This document shows positions 1 to 14,800 of a stretch of DNA of 64,000 bases, in pieces. Within the stretch, counting starts at the first letter, position 1, and every line of letters starts with the position of its first letter. Position numbers and translations under genes: made by a program. The notes beneath the pieces are model-generated. The model ran no database searches and was not told where the DNA came from. It was given only the letters and a program-made list of their open reading frames with translations. Location of the stretch: contig NW_003526941.1 in assembly GCF_000181795.1 (NCBI RefSeq), forward strand, positions 6,554,428-6,618,427. The letters are read 5' to 3'. The DNA is from Trichinella spiralis. Its lineage: Eukaryota.

Positions 1-930
1 GCGACGGCAAAGATTCAGTGGTGACAGTTACGACGCACGTTGCCGAGGAGGGGACGGACCGGGCCACCTACGTCGACGAAACCCCTGGTGGACGAGAAGC
101 CGCCGGCGCCGCTATCCCGGACCGGGATTACAAGGGCCAGTGTCCAGTCGGCGGTCAGCAAGCGTTTGGCTAATATAAAATTGAACCGTGCCAGTCTGCG
201 CTTCAACAGGGCGCCGGTGAAAAATAGCTCGGACAAGTCGCAGCAGAGGTCCACCGATGGCCAGCTTGAGATGAAGCTGCTGACGGGGGATGCGGATTTG
301 GAAGGAGAGTCGGCGTCGAATGACGAATACAACAACTTGCTGAATTCGTTGGCTTCCGGCGACTGCGATGATCCGAACGATTCGGTGACTTCGTCCATTC
401 TGTACACTCCATGCGGCACGTACAACGAGCACGTTATTCGGGCAGCCAAGCTTACGGGAAAGAACCTATTTTCCGACATACCACTGGAAGAGAGAAAAGC
501 GAAAATTAATCAACAAGTAATATATATATATATATATATATATTATATTCATAATTCATGATCCAGAACTACCGGAGTCGATTTATTATCGTTTTTCAAG
601 CATCATGGTGCTTTTTCAGATTGACAAATTACAAATGGAAATCAATGCAGTATCGAATTTGCGATTGCAATTTTTGCAACAGCAGAAGAAGTTATCTGCT
701 CCGGATGAAAAATTGGAAAAAAAGTTGAATAAATTGGACGAGACGTTACAGGTTTGTCGTATTTGGCTATTTATTATTTATTATTATTAGCATTAAAATT
801 GTAATCGTAAATTGTAATTGATTATTTATAGGGTTTGGCTGTGTTGATGTTGCACTATTGTGCAGGTTTGCAAAATTGTCAAGAAAATGAAACTGAAGAA
901 TCGGAACAAAATGCAGAACATGAAAGCTGA
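1..930 (+). CDS. PDZD8: 3' end of PDZ domain-containing protein 8 (ER-organelle tether); C-terminal coiled coil; gene starts before the window
   Basis: Exons <1-516, 620-751, ~832-930 with GT-AG junctions give ...TGKNLFSDIPLEERKAKINQQ|IDKLQMEIN...LNKLDETLQ|GLAVLMLHYCAGLQNC...HES*. This resembles the PDZD8 C-terminus as recalled (GRDLYRGLPTEERIQKL..DKLQNEI..LQALTLLMIHYRAG). Confidence 0.75.
520..543. repeat. (TA)n microsatellite in an intron
   Basis: Run of atatatat directly after the donor at 517. Confidence 0.9.
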
Positions 931-1687
931 AAAGGAAAGAAAAAGCTGAAACACTGACAATAAATAAACTGACTCTCTTCTTACATGCGCGGTATACATA
1001 ATACATTGTTTGTTTCAGTTACTCTTTCATGTTCTGTTTTGCACTGCATCAGCTTTGCATGTCGAATTTTGTTTTATTTATTTATTTGTTTGTTCTCGTT
1101 TGCTTGTTCACTTTTCCATGTTGGTGGGTGCAATCATTTTTTAATCACTTTGAAAAGTAAAACCTTGTTGTTTGGAATTTGCAAATGAAGCGTTATTATT
1201 TTGAACTGTGGTAATTTTATTTTTAAAGCTATTCACATTTATTTGCATTTACTGTACAAGTTTAACGTTACGATTTTCATTACTCCTTGCTTCTGTATTT
1301 GCTAACAAACATACCGTTACGTATTGCATTTTAAGAAGAAGTTTTCATGACCATTGTCCAAATTGTCCAACTCCTGCACACCGCCCTATCTCACATTCCT
1401 CCTAACCATGCACTGCTATTCTCAAATGATTTGCTTATTCTAATAACTATAGCAACTACAGCGGTGCTACCAACTCACTATGCTCAAAAATTGTTGTCCT
1501 TTGAAATGATCGACAAATTATTCAACCATTTCTCTTTCCGCAAATGAACCCTAAACTCAACTCGACAAGGCATGGGACGTGAAAACGTTCAAATGCGGAA
1601 AGCCACTCAAATTCATTTAAATAATATTACTCATGATCTACATCCAGTTACGCTATTTAACAAATATCTAAATTAAATGCTCGATAA

Positions 1688-1697
1688 NNNNNNNNNN
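1688..1697. other. Assembly gap (10 N)
   Basis: N run in the sequence. Confidence 1.
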
Positions 1698-2416
1698 CCT
1701 CCGGCATGTCTAAAACTTCAGATTTGAAAATTCAAAAATGACCTAGATAAATGGATCTCATCGCAAATCTTTACATTAAAATTTAAACATACTAGCTGCG
1801 TACGTTGACAAGAAAAGTTAATTAAACAAAAAATGTTATTTACCAAATGTCTCTGATTATGCGAAATTTGAAAAAAATAATATAACGTGATTATAAAGTT
1901 AATTAACTTTCAATCCTTCTAAAGATGAAGTCTTGCCTAATCTTAATATAATATGAAAAACAAAAAGTACAGTTTTACAGTGAAAAATATCTTACTCAAT
2001 TATTACCTATTACAAATTTCGTTAATTTAATTAAACTAAGGAATAATTTCACCCTTTCGAAGTATCCATATCCCTGAATCATAGAATCACGAGAAATTAT
2101 CACATTTACCTCTTCTCTTCTCTTGCTCTGCTTCGTGCTTTCCGTGATTTCGCTTTTTCTTTGTTCCATTCTTTAAACCTGTAATAATGATATTAAATCA
2201 AAACTGTTCTCACTCAATTTATCATAAAGTAGAGTTACAACAAGTACAATAATTAACTACTTTATAATTAAAAAGTAACTGTTTGCAAAATAAGTATACA
2301 AAGTTTAAAAACTATGCAGAAAAGTGGAATTGAAACGTACTGCAAACGCACCGCACGCCGTAGGCCAGCAATCAATGAAACTAAAGCCACGTAAGCGAGC
2401 GCGTCTCTGTCGAATA

Positions 2417-2961
2417 AAAATTTGCATACATTTTCTGGTAAACACGTCCTACTGTAGCTTCTTTTCAGTACCATGAGTAAACAAAATTTTCACGATTGTC
2501 AACCTAAAATCACAAAAAAAGCAATATATGTTATGCAATTTTACAATAATAACTATTATGTTATTTACCACCGCAAGTTATCATGGAAATGTTACAAAAT
2601 AGTATATTAAATGAAGTTGCATATATGTTGGAAGTTGAGGATTGTAACGAGCTATAGCACCAAAGCAAACAAACGGCAAGACCACGCATGAAAATTTGCA
2701 TTTTATCGACTTGACGCCAATCTCAGTGGTCGAATAATTTTGACGTGACTTTAACTTTGGAACTAAATTTATAACTTTAATTAATTTGATTTATTTTCGC
2801 TATCAAATAGTATGTAGATCTTAGCAGTAATGTGATCGTTTTATATTGCAAGCTTGAATCTGTCGGTTTGGCTTGACATTGACGATTGTGAAAACTATGC
2901 TTGCTTAACGTAATGAAAAGTAGGCTTTGTACTTGTTTACCAGAAATTTCATGCAAATTTT
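2417..2961. repeat. Imperfect 28-bp inverted repeat (2417-2444 / 2934-2961), 25/28 identical, containing ATGCAAAT
   Basis: Reverse complement of 2417-2444 is tgtttaccagaaaatgtatgcaaatttt; 2934-2961 is tgtttaccagaaatttcatgcaaatttt. Confidence 0.75.
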
Positions 2962-4879
2962 AATGCGTGGCCTTGACATTTGTTCGGCTATGAACTAACT
3001 ATATAGCTCGGCACAAATCTGAACTTTTGGTATACGTAGCTGCTGTTCAGTTGAACGTACCACAAGATTAGCATTCAATTGTTTGGATTGAAACAAATAT
3101 TGATTGCATTGAAATTTTCATTCTGCACCTTATTATTCATTATTAAGCAGATTTGACATTTTGAATTTTTATTTTCATTTGTGCAAAGTGACAGATGAAG
3201 TATTTACAAAAAAGATGCGCAAGTCTGCAAATGGTACTGTAGTCAAGGCTAGGCATATTGTCAATTTGTAGTAATTATCTTCATACAGATTGTGCTATAA
3301 ATTCATCTGAATTTCAGCATCATTACAACGTCTTGTGCATTATTATAAAAGAATTTTTGTTTCATGCATACAATTTCCATTTGATAACTTGTGATGGCAG
3401 ATTTCCATTCTGTGGAATGTCGAGAGCATGTATGTTGTAAGTAAATTAAATACACTGTCTTATTTTCCGCTGACCATAAATTGAATAGAAATATATAAAT
3501 TGTTGGTGTAAATTGGATTTCCATTTGCACAATACAATTCGATCCAATTAATATAGAAGAAGAGCACCAAAATATTGAAGAAGAAATTTTTAATTGATCA
3601 TTTGTGCAAATAAAGCGGTAATGTTTTTCTAAGTAGTGATTTAGATAAAATGGGAAGATAGAAAAAGAGTCACAAAAATATACCCGTCCACGGGCACGCG
3701 TCCACATGAATTGCATTCATGAATGAGTTGGAATGAAACGCAATCAGTCTGGGACGAAAAAATACACATACACACACACACTCTCTCTCTCTTTCTGTCA
3801 GGTGGCTAAGAGAAGAGAAAAGTCCAATAAATAATAACAACGTGTGCTGCTACAATTAATGCTAGTGTGCTAGTTGAACGTAAAATTATTAGTAAGTAAA
3901 AAAATGAATAATTGAAAATAGAATTGAAAAGAAAATGAAAACCCAATAGCGACGTTTGCCGTTTGTGATCAGCTTGGAGCAGCAGCAAGTGAGTGGAGAT
4001 GAAGGCAGCAAAACAAAGCCATGGAGAAATACGCCCAGATAATCTTTGGACACACAGATTTGCTTTCTCAATTGGCATATTTCAGCCTCATCACCGTGTG
4101 CGTTGTTTGTTCGCTTTTCAAAATGAACGGCTGGAAAATACCCGACATGAATAGAATGACGCGTTCGTTGCACAGTTATGAAAAGCAACGACGCCGGAAT
4201 TGGCAAGCGCCAGCTTCAAGAAATCAGAGATCAAAAATTGAAACAGCAACGAAGCAGGCGGAAATTGAAAAATAACCAAATTACTCATCACAAGAAAACA
4301 AGAGAAACGAACGTTATGCAAAATTAGCCATGCACGCAACGAAAAAAGAAAAAAAGAAAGGAGCAAATAATGAAGAACATTTGCATCACTTATGCACACA
4401 ACGTCACAACTATGACAAATGGTACAGTAAAACAGAAATGAAGATAAAATTAAAAATAATCCATGTGCGATCATGGCAGTTGACACCAAAATTAGGAGTG
4501 AAAAGGATTATATACGAAAAATAATAATAATAATAAGCAAACGTCAGCCAACGCAACGCACAGCGAGTGAGTGCCCAAAAGCAATGGCAAGCAACAAACA
4601 GTACGATGTGCAGAGATGTGTTTAAAATATGAAGAAAAAAAGAAGTCTGCAAATTTACTGTTGCAGCTTTTCGAAAGTGCATAAAGGGAGGAAAGTATGG
4701 CATCAGGTAGGAGAGAATGAAGACTGGAAAGTCAGATGCCAATAAGTGAAAAAATGCTATTTCAACAATAAGAAAAAGAATAATAAATTAGCAGTTGTTG
4801 TGGCAGAGATGATGATGATGGACTGTGAACGACGAGCAAAGTTGGGCATAATCGTCAAATCACTGAACAATAATTTTGT

Positions 4880-7800
4880 TCAGTGAATATATGGACGACG
4901 ACCAGCAGCAGTTCTAGCGAGAAATCGATTGTTCGCTTTTTCATTAATGACCGGCTCCAAAGGTGGTCTAGTAGTAGGACCAGGTTCTTCAGTATAGATC
5001 AGTCCTTCAACTGGATCTGTTTCAACGTATTCAAATACAAAACCCTTGGCTGTGACGGTATCATCAGCCCTGAAGCGAACCCGTAACACTGGCCCACTAG
5101 AGATGAATAAATTTGGTTGCTAAACATGGCAAAGTAATTAATATCACTGAAATAGAACAACACAATTCCGAAAGGAAAATAAATTACCTTATTTCCACAG
5201 TATCTTCCCAACCGCATCGCGTTCTCGGAATCGCCGTCGTAAATTTCGACATAATCATACTCGCAGTGCACCTCTTCTTCCAGTTCAAAGTTGGTAAACT
5301 GAATTTCCACAGACATCCCGTCCTCAGCCAACAGAGTCCATTCGCAGGCTACACGGTTTTCATAATTCGAGCCACCGTATGTAGCGTGAGAATATACATA
5401 TCCAACAGTTCTCTCGGCACGAATAGTACCACCGCAAACTGCACAATAGGGAATGAAGAGAAAATTATTTGCAAAAACATGCAAAAGAAAAGAGAAGCAA
5501 AAAGTGAAAGTTCACTTCTCTCACCTGAAGTGTAATGTGCTTGAAAACCTTTGCGCTGAACACTGCTGTCAGAATGGAAAAATAGGTAAAGTTCATTTTT
5601 AGACGAGAGTATTTTTTCAGGTGCCCTTGGACCACAGTAGGTACCCAAACTTGGTGCATCCACTGATGATCCATCGTATACGTCGATTCGATCGTATGCG
5701 CAATCTTGATGCGGTTCAATTTCAAATTCAATAAAATCCTGCGTTAATATAATTTTTTCATTTCATTTCATTTTACAAGAAAAAGTAAAATACCAATTGC
5801 AGGCGATGACCAGGAGTGGTGACGAAATGCCAAACACATTCTTTGTCGTTTGGATAGTCTTCAGGATAGCCAGGACTGGTCAACTGACCAAACGCGGTAT
5901 TCAGTTCAAACTTGCATCCACCTGAAGGACCTTCCCGAGAATAAAAATCACATATCCCCAAACAGCATCCGAAAAACAAAAAAGAAAAAACCCCGCTCAC
6001 CTTCTTTACAATGATGACCGTCATTGGACAACACATAGCCGCTTTCACATTCGCAAACGTACGAGCCGATCATGTTCTTGCAAATTTGTTCACAACCACC
6101 ATTATCAACTTCGCACTCGTCACGATCTAAAATAATCGATCGTCCAATGAGTAATTTTAGATGGATTTGAAAAAAAAAAATTTCTAATGATCCCAAGCAA
6201 CAAAACAGACCGGTAAAATACACGGCCGCAAAGCCACTTTTTTGAACCGAACTATCAGTGACAAATTTGATTCGCAGATGACTCGTTTCCGATGTGAGCA
6301 GAAACTGAGGGGCAATACGACCGCAAAATTGACCGTGCACTTTGGCCACCGCCCCTTCCGCATCTACGCTGGTCACTTTCACATAGTCGTATTCACAGTT
6401 TGTCTACAAGCAATTTGCACAGCATGCACTGATGGAACAATCACAAATTATTCGAATTTTTATACCAAAACTCCTTCTAAATCGAAATGAGTAAAGTTGA
6501 GAAAGATGCGATACTGAGAATGGGCTTTGATTTCCCAAACGCAACGCTTTTTGTTCGGATACAAGTTTGGAAAATTTGGACTCGTCAAACTTCCATTTTC
6601 GCCTTTCAAATACCCACCGCACGCATCTGCAAGACGAACAAAAAGCAATTATTATTAAAGGGGGAAAGTAATGGGAAAAAAGATGTTCATTTGAAATTCA
6701 CCTTCGCAACTTTTGCCATCACTGTGAAGCTCATAACCAATATCACATTCGCAACGATAACTGCCCAGCGTATTCACGCATTTGTGATGACAACCGTGAT
6801 TTGTAGTTTTGCATTCATCGAATTCTGACAAAAAGAAAAACAAGAGATAAAATTTTGAATGGATGCAACTCCAAACCAACTACAAGATTCGCTGCGGTTT
6901 TTTAATTTACCTTTGATAAAGTTGAACGAAAATCCATATTTCTCCACCGAAGCATCGCTAACGAAACGGACGCGCATTTTATTGGTCGTCGATTTAATGT
7001 TCTCCGGAAGCGAGTAGCCACAAAGGCGAGCAATTAAAGGTGAATCTTCATCATGGCCATCACGAAATTCCAAAAAATCATAAATACAATCTTCATGTTG
7101 TTCTAACTAAAGAACAGTACTGTATAAAATAAAGCAAAAGAAAAATTCTCATAAATGAAATAAAATAAAATCTAAGCACTTGGAACATTGTGAAAATTAT
7201 TGCCACTTGATACTCTTCTGGAACAGTGATCGTCCAAACGCAGTCGCTGTTTGGTGTATAATCGTATGGATAATTTGGATTCTCTATGACGCCACTGTCG
7301 GCAGTGAAATTTCCACCACAATGAACTTAAAATATTCAAAAAAATATATGCATGTATACACAGAAAATATAAGTAAAACAACGATAATAAATGTATATAC
7401 AGATTCAACTAAAGTTTGTGGAAAAAACAAAATTACCATGATAAACTGCAGCAAATCCGCGTTTCTTTTTCTTTTCTTTTAACAAATTCTTTTTTGGTAT
7501 TTCTTCTGCTGTCGCTTGATACTGTATCCATAATCTGTTCGATTCACTTGAAATCAGTATTGGTTCGTTGAAACGTCCACAATAACGACCTGAATACAGT
7601 TGAAAATATCAGTAGTTTCAAGTCAAATTATATGGAATGAAAATTTTTTCTATTTTAATGTAATTCCTTTTACCAATTAAAGGGGATTTGTTGTGATGAC
7701 CATCACGCACTTCGATGCTATTTTCAGGTCCACAATCAACATTCTCTGGCAATAAAACTGAGGTCAAATTTAAAATTATTCGATGACCCTTTGGTGCGTT

Positions 7801-10800
7801 GATCCGCCAATGACAAAGCAACGCATCGTTGTGTTTTGCTTTGCTATCGTAATCTGGAGAAGCAAAGCTACCACTTTCTTCTAGAAATGTCTGCCCACAT
7901 TCTGAAAGTATAGCATCATATCAACTGTGGAATAGTTGAATTACTTTCACAGAAATACAAAACGACGAAATGAAATTATTTTGGTATTTTATATTTTGTT
8001 GAAATAATCTAAACTGACACATTAAAAAAAATCGTTCGATTGACTCTTCTTATAGCAACAGCTTAAACTGCAGACATTTCAATGAAAATAAAATAAAATA
8101 AAATAAAATTCATCATCGAAAACAGAAATTTAAACTGCTTTCAAATATATATACATATATATAATTTGAGGCTGCTTGCCCACTCTGCTGCCAAAGAGAA
8201 GATTGAAAAACACAAAAAGCAAAATTTTTAAAGAACAAAAAAACAAATGCAAAAAAATAATAATACTTACTGGAACATTTGTAAAGTGAATTGGTTTGAA
8301 TGATGTCTCCTGGACTGAGTCGGATGCGTTGGCCAATTTCAGGCCTTTCCAAAGTGACAGAGTCCGGCTTGGGCAAAATCGTGTCCAGATACATTGCCCT
8401 GGAGAAAGTATCTCGAGCGTAGTGCATAATGCTAGCGAAATCGTAGCCTTGGCCGAGAGAATTCACTTCGGATGATTTAAGCTTTTCAAAATTGTAATCT
8501 TGACCTGAAATGAAACGAAATGAAAAATGAAATCAACTTCAACTGCAAGAAATTATCAATTTTACAAACCTTGTTGAATGTTCTTGTAAAAGATATCTAC
8601 AAATTGATCTCTATCGGGTCTGGTATGCTCGTGCCAGAATCCGACAACATGGCCCAACTCGTGCACAACAATGCCAAATTTGTCACAATTTTTTCCAATA
8701 GATATCGCTTGTGGACCTTCACCACGTTTGCCCACAAATGAACAGCACCTTAAAATAAGAAACAAAAGAAAACCAAATCAAAATATACCAAATTAAACTA
8801 ACAAACTACACGACAAATCATTACCCACAGTCGGCTATTGTAAATACGATATAGCTGAAATCTTCCGAAGTACGAGGAACGAATGAAAGACAAGTGTAAT
8901 TTTCCCAATGATTCATTGCACGCCGAAAAAGAGCATGGTGTTCACCTTCAATTTTGCAAACACTTAATTAATGATTGTATTTCTGAAATTTTTCTTTAAT
9001 TTCCATGCTAACAACAACAATTTTTCCACAATTAAAATAACTTTTGCTTAATTATAAATTATTTTTAGCACATTTCAATAAAAAAAACCAAATAGCAAAC
9101 ATTATTCTAATGAGATCAGCGAACAGTGCAGCTCGAGCTCAATAAAAACTGACAGATGATCAGGAAATTTTTCAAAAAAAAATCAAACATTAAATGAATC
9201 TGAATCGAATTAATTATTGTAATTTGTAAAACTTCCAAGTGAAAAAATTTGTAAAAATTTACCACTAAAATTTGCCAATATTTCATAAGGAATGACACCA
9301 TTTTCCCACAAACGTTCAGATCTGGCTGTAGCAGCGCGTCGTACTCTTTTCCGATTTCTTCGCTTAATATTAGTACAACTGCAAAAAGTAAAAAATTTGA
9401 AAACAATGAAATCTGCAATATTTTCTTTTTCCACTTTTGAAATTTAAATATTCAAATTTTAATCGAAGTAAAACCATACCTGCTTTTCTTGTTGTCGTCG
9501 TTGTTGCACGATCTGCTGTGGTGACGACGATGCAACCTTTGCAATTGCTCACTGTTCGATTGGGCGGTGGTCTTATTGTCAACAAGAGGCATCGTCGTCT
9601 TCTTCTCCTTCTTCTGATGATGATGATGATCTTCCATTGCTAACGCTGTTTTCGACAACGCAACACTTCTGAGGTGACGAATTTCGTTCACCTCTTCATG
9701 CGTCAAAGCTATATCCGCCAAAAATCCACCTAGATTAAAAAAAAATTGATAAATGAAAATTCTCATCCAAAAAAAGTCACGTTCGAAGAAATGAAAGAAT
9801 TGAATTTGAATTATTGATTTTAAATTGAACATGATCGCCGGCAAGAATTTAATTCGAAATAAATCTAAAGTGAACAATTGAAACTCGTGCTACATTTGCC
9901 AACGTCAGTCGATCAGGATTCGTTCGTCTGTGGCAGTTTTATTTCAATTTATTAAATCCGCTTCATTTAATTTCAGTTGAACAATTTCAACCTTTGATTT
10001 GTGGCAGCATTTTGTGACAATAATTCAGTATTAGATTTGAAATTTATCATTCTGGCAGTCGGTTGTTAAATGCGCTGCTAAATCGAAACAATATGTCAAA
10101 TCGAATAAAGTTGCGGTTATTCATTTGGAACAATCAAAATGTACATATTCCAATTTGCGTTCAACAGAAGAACAATTTCAAAGTAGCCGCATGTGAAAGC
10201 AACATAAGAGCAAACTTTCTTAAGTTGAATTGTTTTCCCCTGTGTTTCCCTTTTTCACTGAATATTGTAATAATAATAATAATAATTTGAAGAAACATAA
10301 ATAAATAAATAAGCCAAGTTAAGCAATTACTGTCAAAGTTGATAAAGTGAAATCGGTCATCAAATGGTAAAAGTGTGTGGTGTGTGGTTTGCTTTGGTCA
10401 GGCTTTTCATGTTCTGAGCCCAAAAAAAAGACAAAACCAGTCCAGGCATCATCAATGCAACCAACAACCCCTGAAGGGAAACAGTAGAACAATATCTGCC
10501 CACAAAAGGTAGAGCCCGGTTCGGTTAGAGGCCGCCCTTTACAGATTTTCCGCCTGAATTGCACGCGAAAAATGAACAGCAAACGATGAGAAGAAAATTT
10601 CTTTCCTTTTAATACCCGCGCTCTCAACCGACCAATTATATTGCAATCAATTGGACCAGTGAGAAATGTCATTTTACATCAGAAGAAAAACTGAACCCTT
10701 GGAAAATGTTGGAAGATCGATTTTGAAGAAATTGCATCAAAGCGGCCAGTTTTTATACAAGCTAACCATACATGACCGACCAACCACACTGATAGCCGGC

Positions 10801-11821
10801 TTAATTTCAGGCAGGGGTTAATTTTCAATTTCACCATTGACAACCACAGAGGCAACAACGCACTTGTAAGCTTCAAATTCAATAATATTCTTACACTGAT
10901 CATCTACTCTGTGAGAAACACCACTTCCACCTACTTTATTATATGTATTTTTTTTCCTTTTCATTCTCTACAAGATTGGCCAAACATTTGATCAATTACG
11001 GTATTTGGGAAATGATTCAAAAATGAAAAAATTAATTTAAATGAATTCCTTATTTTCTCTCGAACTTTTTAATCACCTCTCAACGTAGAGTACAGAAATA
11101 AGAAAAAGATAAAGATAACAAGTGCTTCCTCATTGAATAGCTGTGTATATGCAAAATTTGTTCACATTATGAATGATTATTAGAAAAACTTCAACAACCA
11201 AATGTAATTCGATTAACAGTTTAATGTACTTTTCACTTCATCCCCTCTCTTACCTAATCTACGACGATTGTTCACAAAAAATTATACAAGAAAAGAACGA
11301 GTATAATAAAACAAATAAAATGCGTTTGGAGAAAAGTAGGCAGAAATGAAAACCACAAAAAAAGCAACCACCACCACAGTAAGAAGATGACTGACGTGCT
11401 GTAAAATTTGCATCACGCCACCGAAAATTTGGGGAGAAAAAAACGTCACATGAGCTTGTTTTATCGAACTGTCAAAGCGTGTTGTCAACACAAAAGAAAA
11501 AATTTTTAAATTCACTATCACCCTCTCTCAAATAATAAATAATAAAACTGAGAATGATCAGTGCTAAATTAAAAGCAGATCAAGGGGATTAATTTCAAAA
11601 AAAAAAGATCAACGCGTGAAAATGCAAATTTCTTTCTTCTACGTGTACGTACCTGCTTTGCAGACGTCCAAGTACAAGTCGTTCGAACTGAGATATGGAA
11701 ATCGTAATGTCAACAATTCGTCCATGGTCCATTTTCTGCTTTGACCAACAACAGCCAACAACAACGACACGAACAATGGAAAATTGGAAATGCCGTGATT
11801 GAAAACTGACATTGACAGCAT
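4880..11821 (-). CDS. nas-39: BMP1/tolloid-like astacin metalloprotease (signal peptide, prodomain, astacin, CUB-CUB-EGF-CUB-EGF-CUB-CUB), multi-exon
   Basis: Hydrophobic N-terminus in exon 1, furin site [11 protein letters not shown], zinc motif [13 protein letters not shown], Met-turn SIMHY, cbEGF ([33 protein letters not shown]) and five CUB repeats ([11 protein letters not shown] etc.). Confidence 0.95.
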
Positions 11822-11840
11822 GATGATGATGATGATGATG
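11820..11840. repeat. (CAT)n trinucleotide repeat abutting the nas-39 start codon
   Basis: tgatgatgatgatgatgatg on +; the last unit runs into the ATG on the minus strand. Confidence 0.85.
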
Positions 11841-14800
11841 AAAATGTTCAGATGTTATAAATAATTTTGTCGTGAACGTTCACAGAATATGCAAATAAAG
11901 ATGAAAAGAACAATTCAGCAAACAATGCTGCTGCTTCACTGCGGTCGAACAAAAAATGCCAAGCCGCTTTATTAGTCGGAGAAAGGAAGTTTGTTAAAAT
12001 ATTTTCTCCACAATAATTTCTTGTCCTCGCTGTCCAGCCAAAGCTAATGATAGAAAAATAAATAAAATAAATAACTGCATAATAAAATTTCAAATTAAAT
12101 TTACAAGTGAAAAAAAAAATATAAAATGAAACAAATGAACAAATAAACTTTAATATCAAATTAGTGATGATCAAGTAAAAAAAGAAAATGACGCGATATA
12201 AGGAAAATTTGGAAAATCCTCCTCACTCACACACATACATACACACAACACGGTTGATTTGGAACAAGTGGAAATAAAAATAATAATTTATTTGAGAATA
12301 AAAATCACAAAATAACAATAATAATAATAAAAAATAACCAATGATGACGTTGCTGACCTAGCCAGGGTCGACAGCGGCTCATTTCCATTGTCTTTCAAAA
12401 GCTAGGCTAACAACAGGTGCTCAACTTATAATAATAATAATTATTATTATTATTGCTCCAATGAAGAAGATGAAGATGAAGAAGAGGAAATATATAGCAG
12501 CAATTTGTCAAGTTGTAATTTTTACCTCTGATCAGAGATATCAGAAAAAAGCAAACCTCGATATAAGCATCAGACCCATGACATGAGCAAAAAGAAGAAC
12601 AAAGAAGCGAAAAGAAAATAAAAACGCTTGTGCACTTGCGCGTTCAGTAAGCACAAAACGTTGCCCACGCAACGTCACATTATATTCTGATCAGCCTCCT
12701 TCAAGAATTCACGACTTCAGCGCCATCTATCCACCACTACTCTCTTCCATATTCTCTATTCCTTTTTGCTGCTTTTCTATTCAATATTGAAATTCATTTT
12801 TTTTCAAAATATTTCAATAATTACACATTACAAATAATAATAAATGTACATTTTTGAAAATTAAAAAAAAATAAAACATCTTCAACTCCACTTCAATGGG
12901 CTGCTTCCATTCTTTGTCTTTTTTCAAAGACAATTCAAATATCAATTTACTTTTTGAATAGAATAACTACTATGCATAAGTATGCTTTTCCCATATTCAA
13001 CTGAGATATTGAAGAAAAACGCTCTTCTCTCTCTCTCTATCTCGTTCCCTTTGACAACTTGCGCCACAGTAATCAATCGATAATAGTATCAGTAACATGA
13101 AAATCTTAGACGGATTTTCAAGATTGACTGACATTCGTCACCGCATCATGCAGAATCAGCCCGTCAAAATGATGACATATGTATCAAATGGAGGTTAATC
13201 ACCAACACCCCCAAGGCCGTCTCATCAGCTGAACACGGCACGACGAATAATTATATACGAAATGTTGTGATGATTCAGAGAAATATTCTTTTTTATTGTT
13301 TCAGAAAAAATTAATATATTTCCCATTAAATATACACACACTGGCAACATTAACTTCATCACACACACACACACACAAAGAACTGATTGCATCAACAATG
13401 AATAAATAAATGATAAAATTTTTCAAATAACAAAAAAATATCCGACATTTAAATTGAAAATTATTGCAAATATCTGTGACAAGCTAATATGATATGTTAA
13501 GCTGTTTTGAAATGGACAATAAAAGATTCTTCATTTGTTCACTCGAATGTTGTTATAATTATTAAATTTAAAAAAAAACTTCAACAAGCAAATCTGCCAA
13601 AACTAACCCCTCCCCCACCAAACAAATTTCGAAATAAGAATATCTCATTTACAAGAAATTATGCAAATTTTTCAATTATCACCATTTGATAGCATACCTA
13701 TGGTTCGTGGTGGTCTTTACATAAAATATAAAGAGAGAAAAGACAGAGTGTGTAAACAAGGAGAATAAAGCTGAGCAAGTAAAACAATTCGAGCAATGAA
13801 ATTTGATTTATTAATGCTATCAAAATAAGAAGAAGAAGAAGCTCGAGTGTTGATTGACGACCGGATCGCTTATATGAAAAGTTGTCAAAATAAAAAGGCA
13901 AAGTGAAAAAATGTTGCACGATAATATTCAAAGCATTCTTCTAGAGCAAACAATTTCAAAAATGCACCCAATAAATAAAACATCACAAATGAATATTCAT
14001 CAATTCATAATTCGTCAAAAAAAATTTCAATTTTTTCTATATTCTATTATTAATTTTTTTTCTTTTACAGTCAAATATTTGATGGTGAAATTGATCAGTG
14101 TTGTTTCGTTTTTCTGATTTGACAATATTCAAGTTGTAAAGCATCAATAAAAATTAATTAATTTTGTCAACATCAACATGTTCTGTCAAAAAAGCACGCT
14201 GAAAGTATTAATAATCATTTCCAATAATCAATTTGCCAAATTTGATCGAAACTCTTCTCCTTTTATACACTTTGATTCAAGAAAAGGGAATAATTGGGAA
14301 AATTTGAAAAAGCATTCGTCAAATTTACAACCACGTCAATCCCGCCTATATCAAAAATTCAACTACTAAAAAAAACATTGAAAATAATTATTCTCAACTA
14401 TTTTTGATAAGATCTCAACTAAAGTAGTGTTCAATGTAAATAATGCTGTGGAAAAAAAAAGAAGAGAAACAAAAAAATAATGTTAATAGTTATTATATAA
14501 TTTTCAGCACAAATTTTGAAAAGAAAAAATTCAGATCAAGTTCAACAAGTCTTTTTTTTTGCCGTTGAACATTTTTCTATTGACAAAACAATTCACCCAA
14601 ATTTAATGAACAAGAATGTTGTATAGTTTCAACACAAAAAAATAAATAATTAGAAAAAAACAACAACAACAACAACATTACATGCCGATGAACATCCAAG
14701 ATAAAATTCAAACTGTGCTCAACAACTACGTCAAAGTAACAGGTCGGTTAAATGTCAGCCATCTGCTTACGTACGAATTTATTCTATCACTGCCCCTTCA

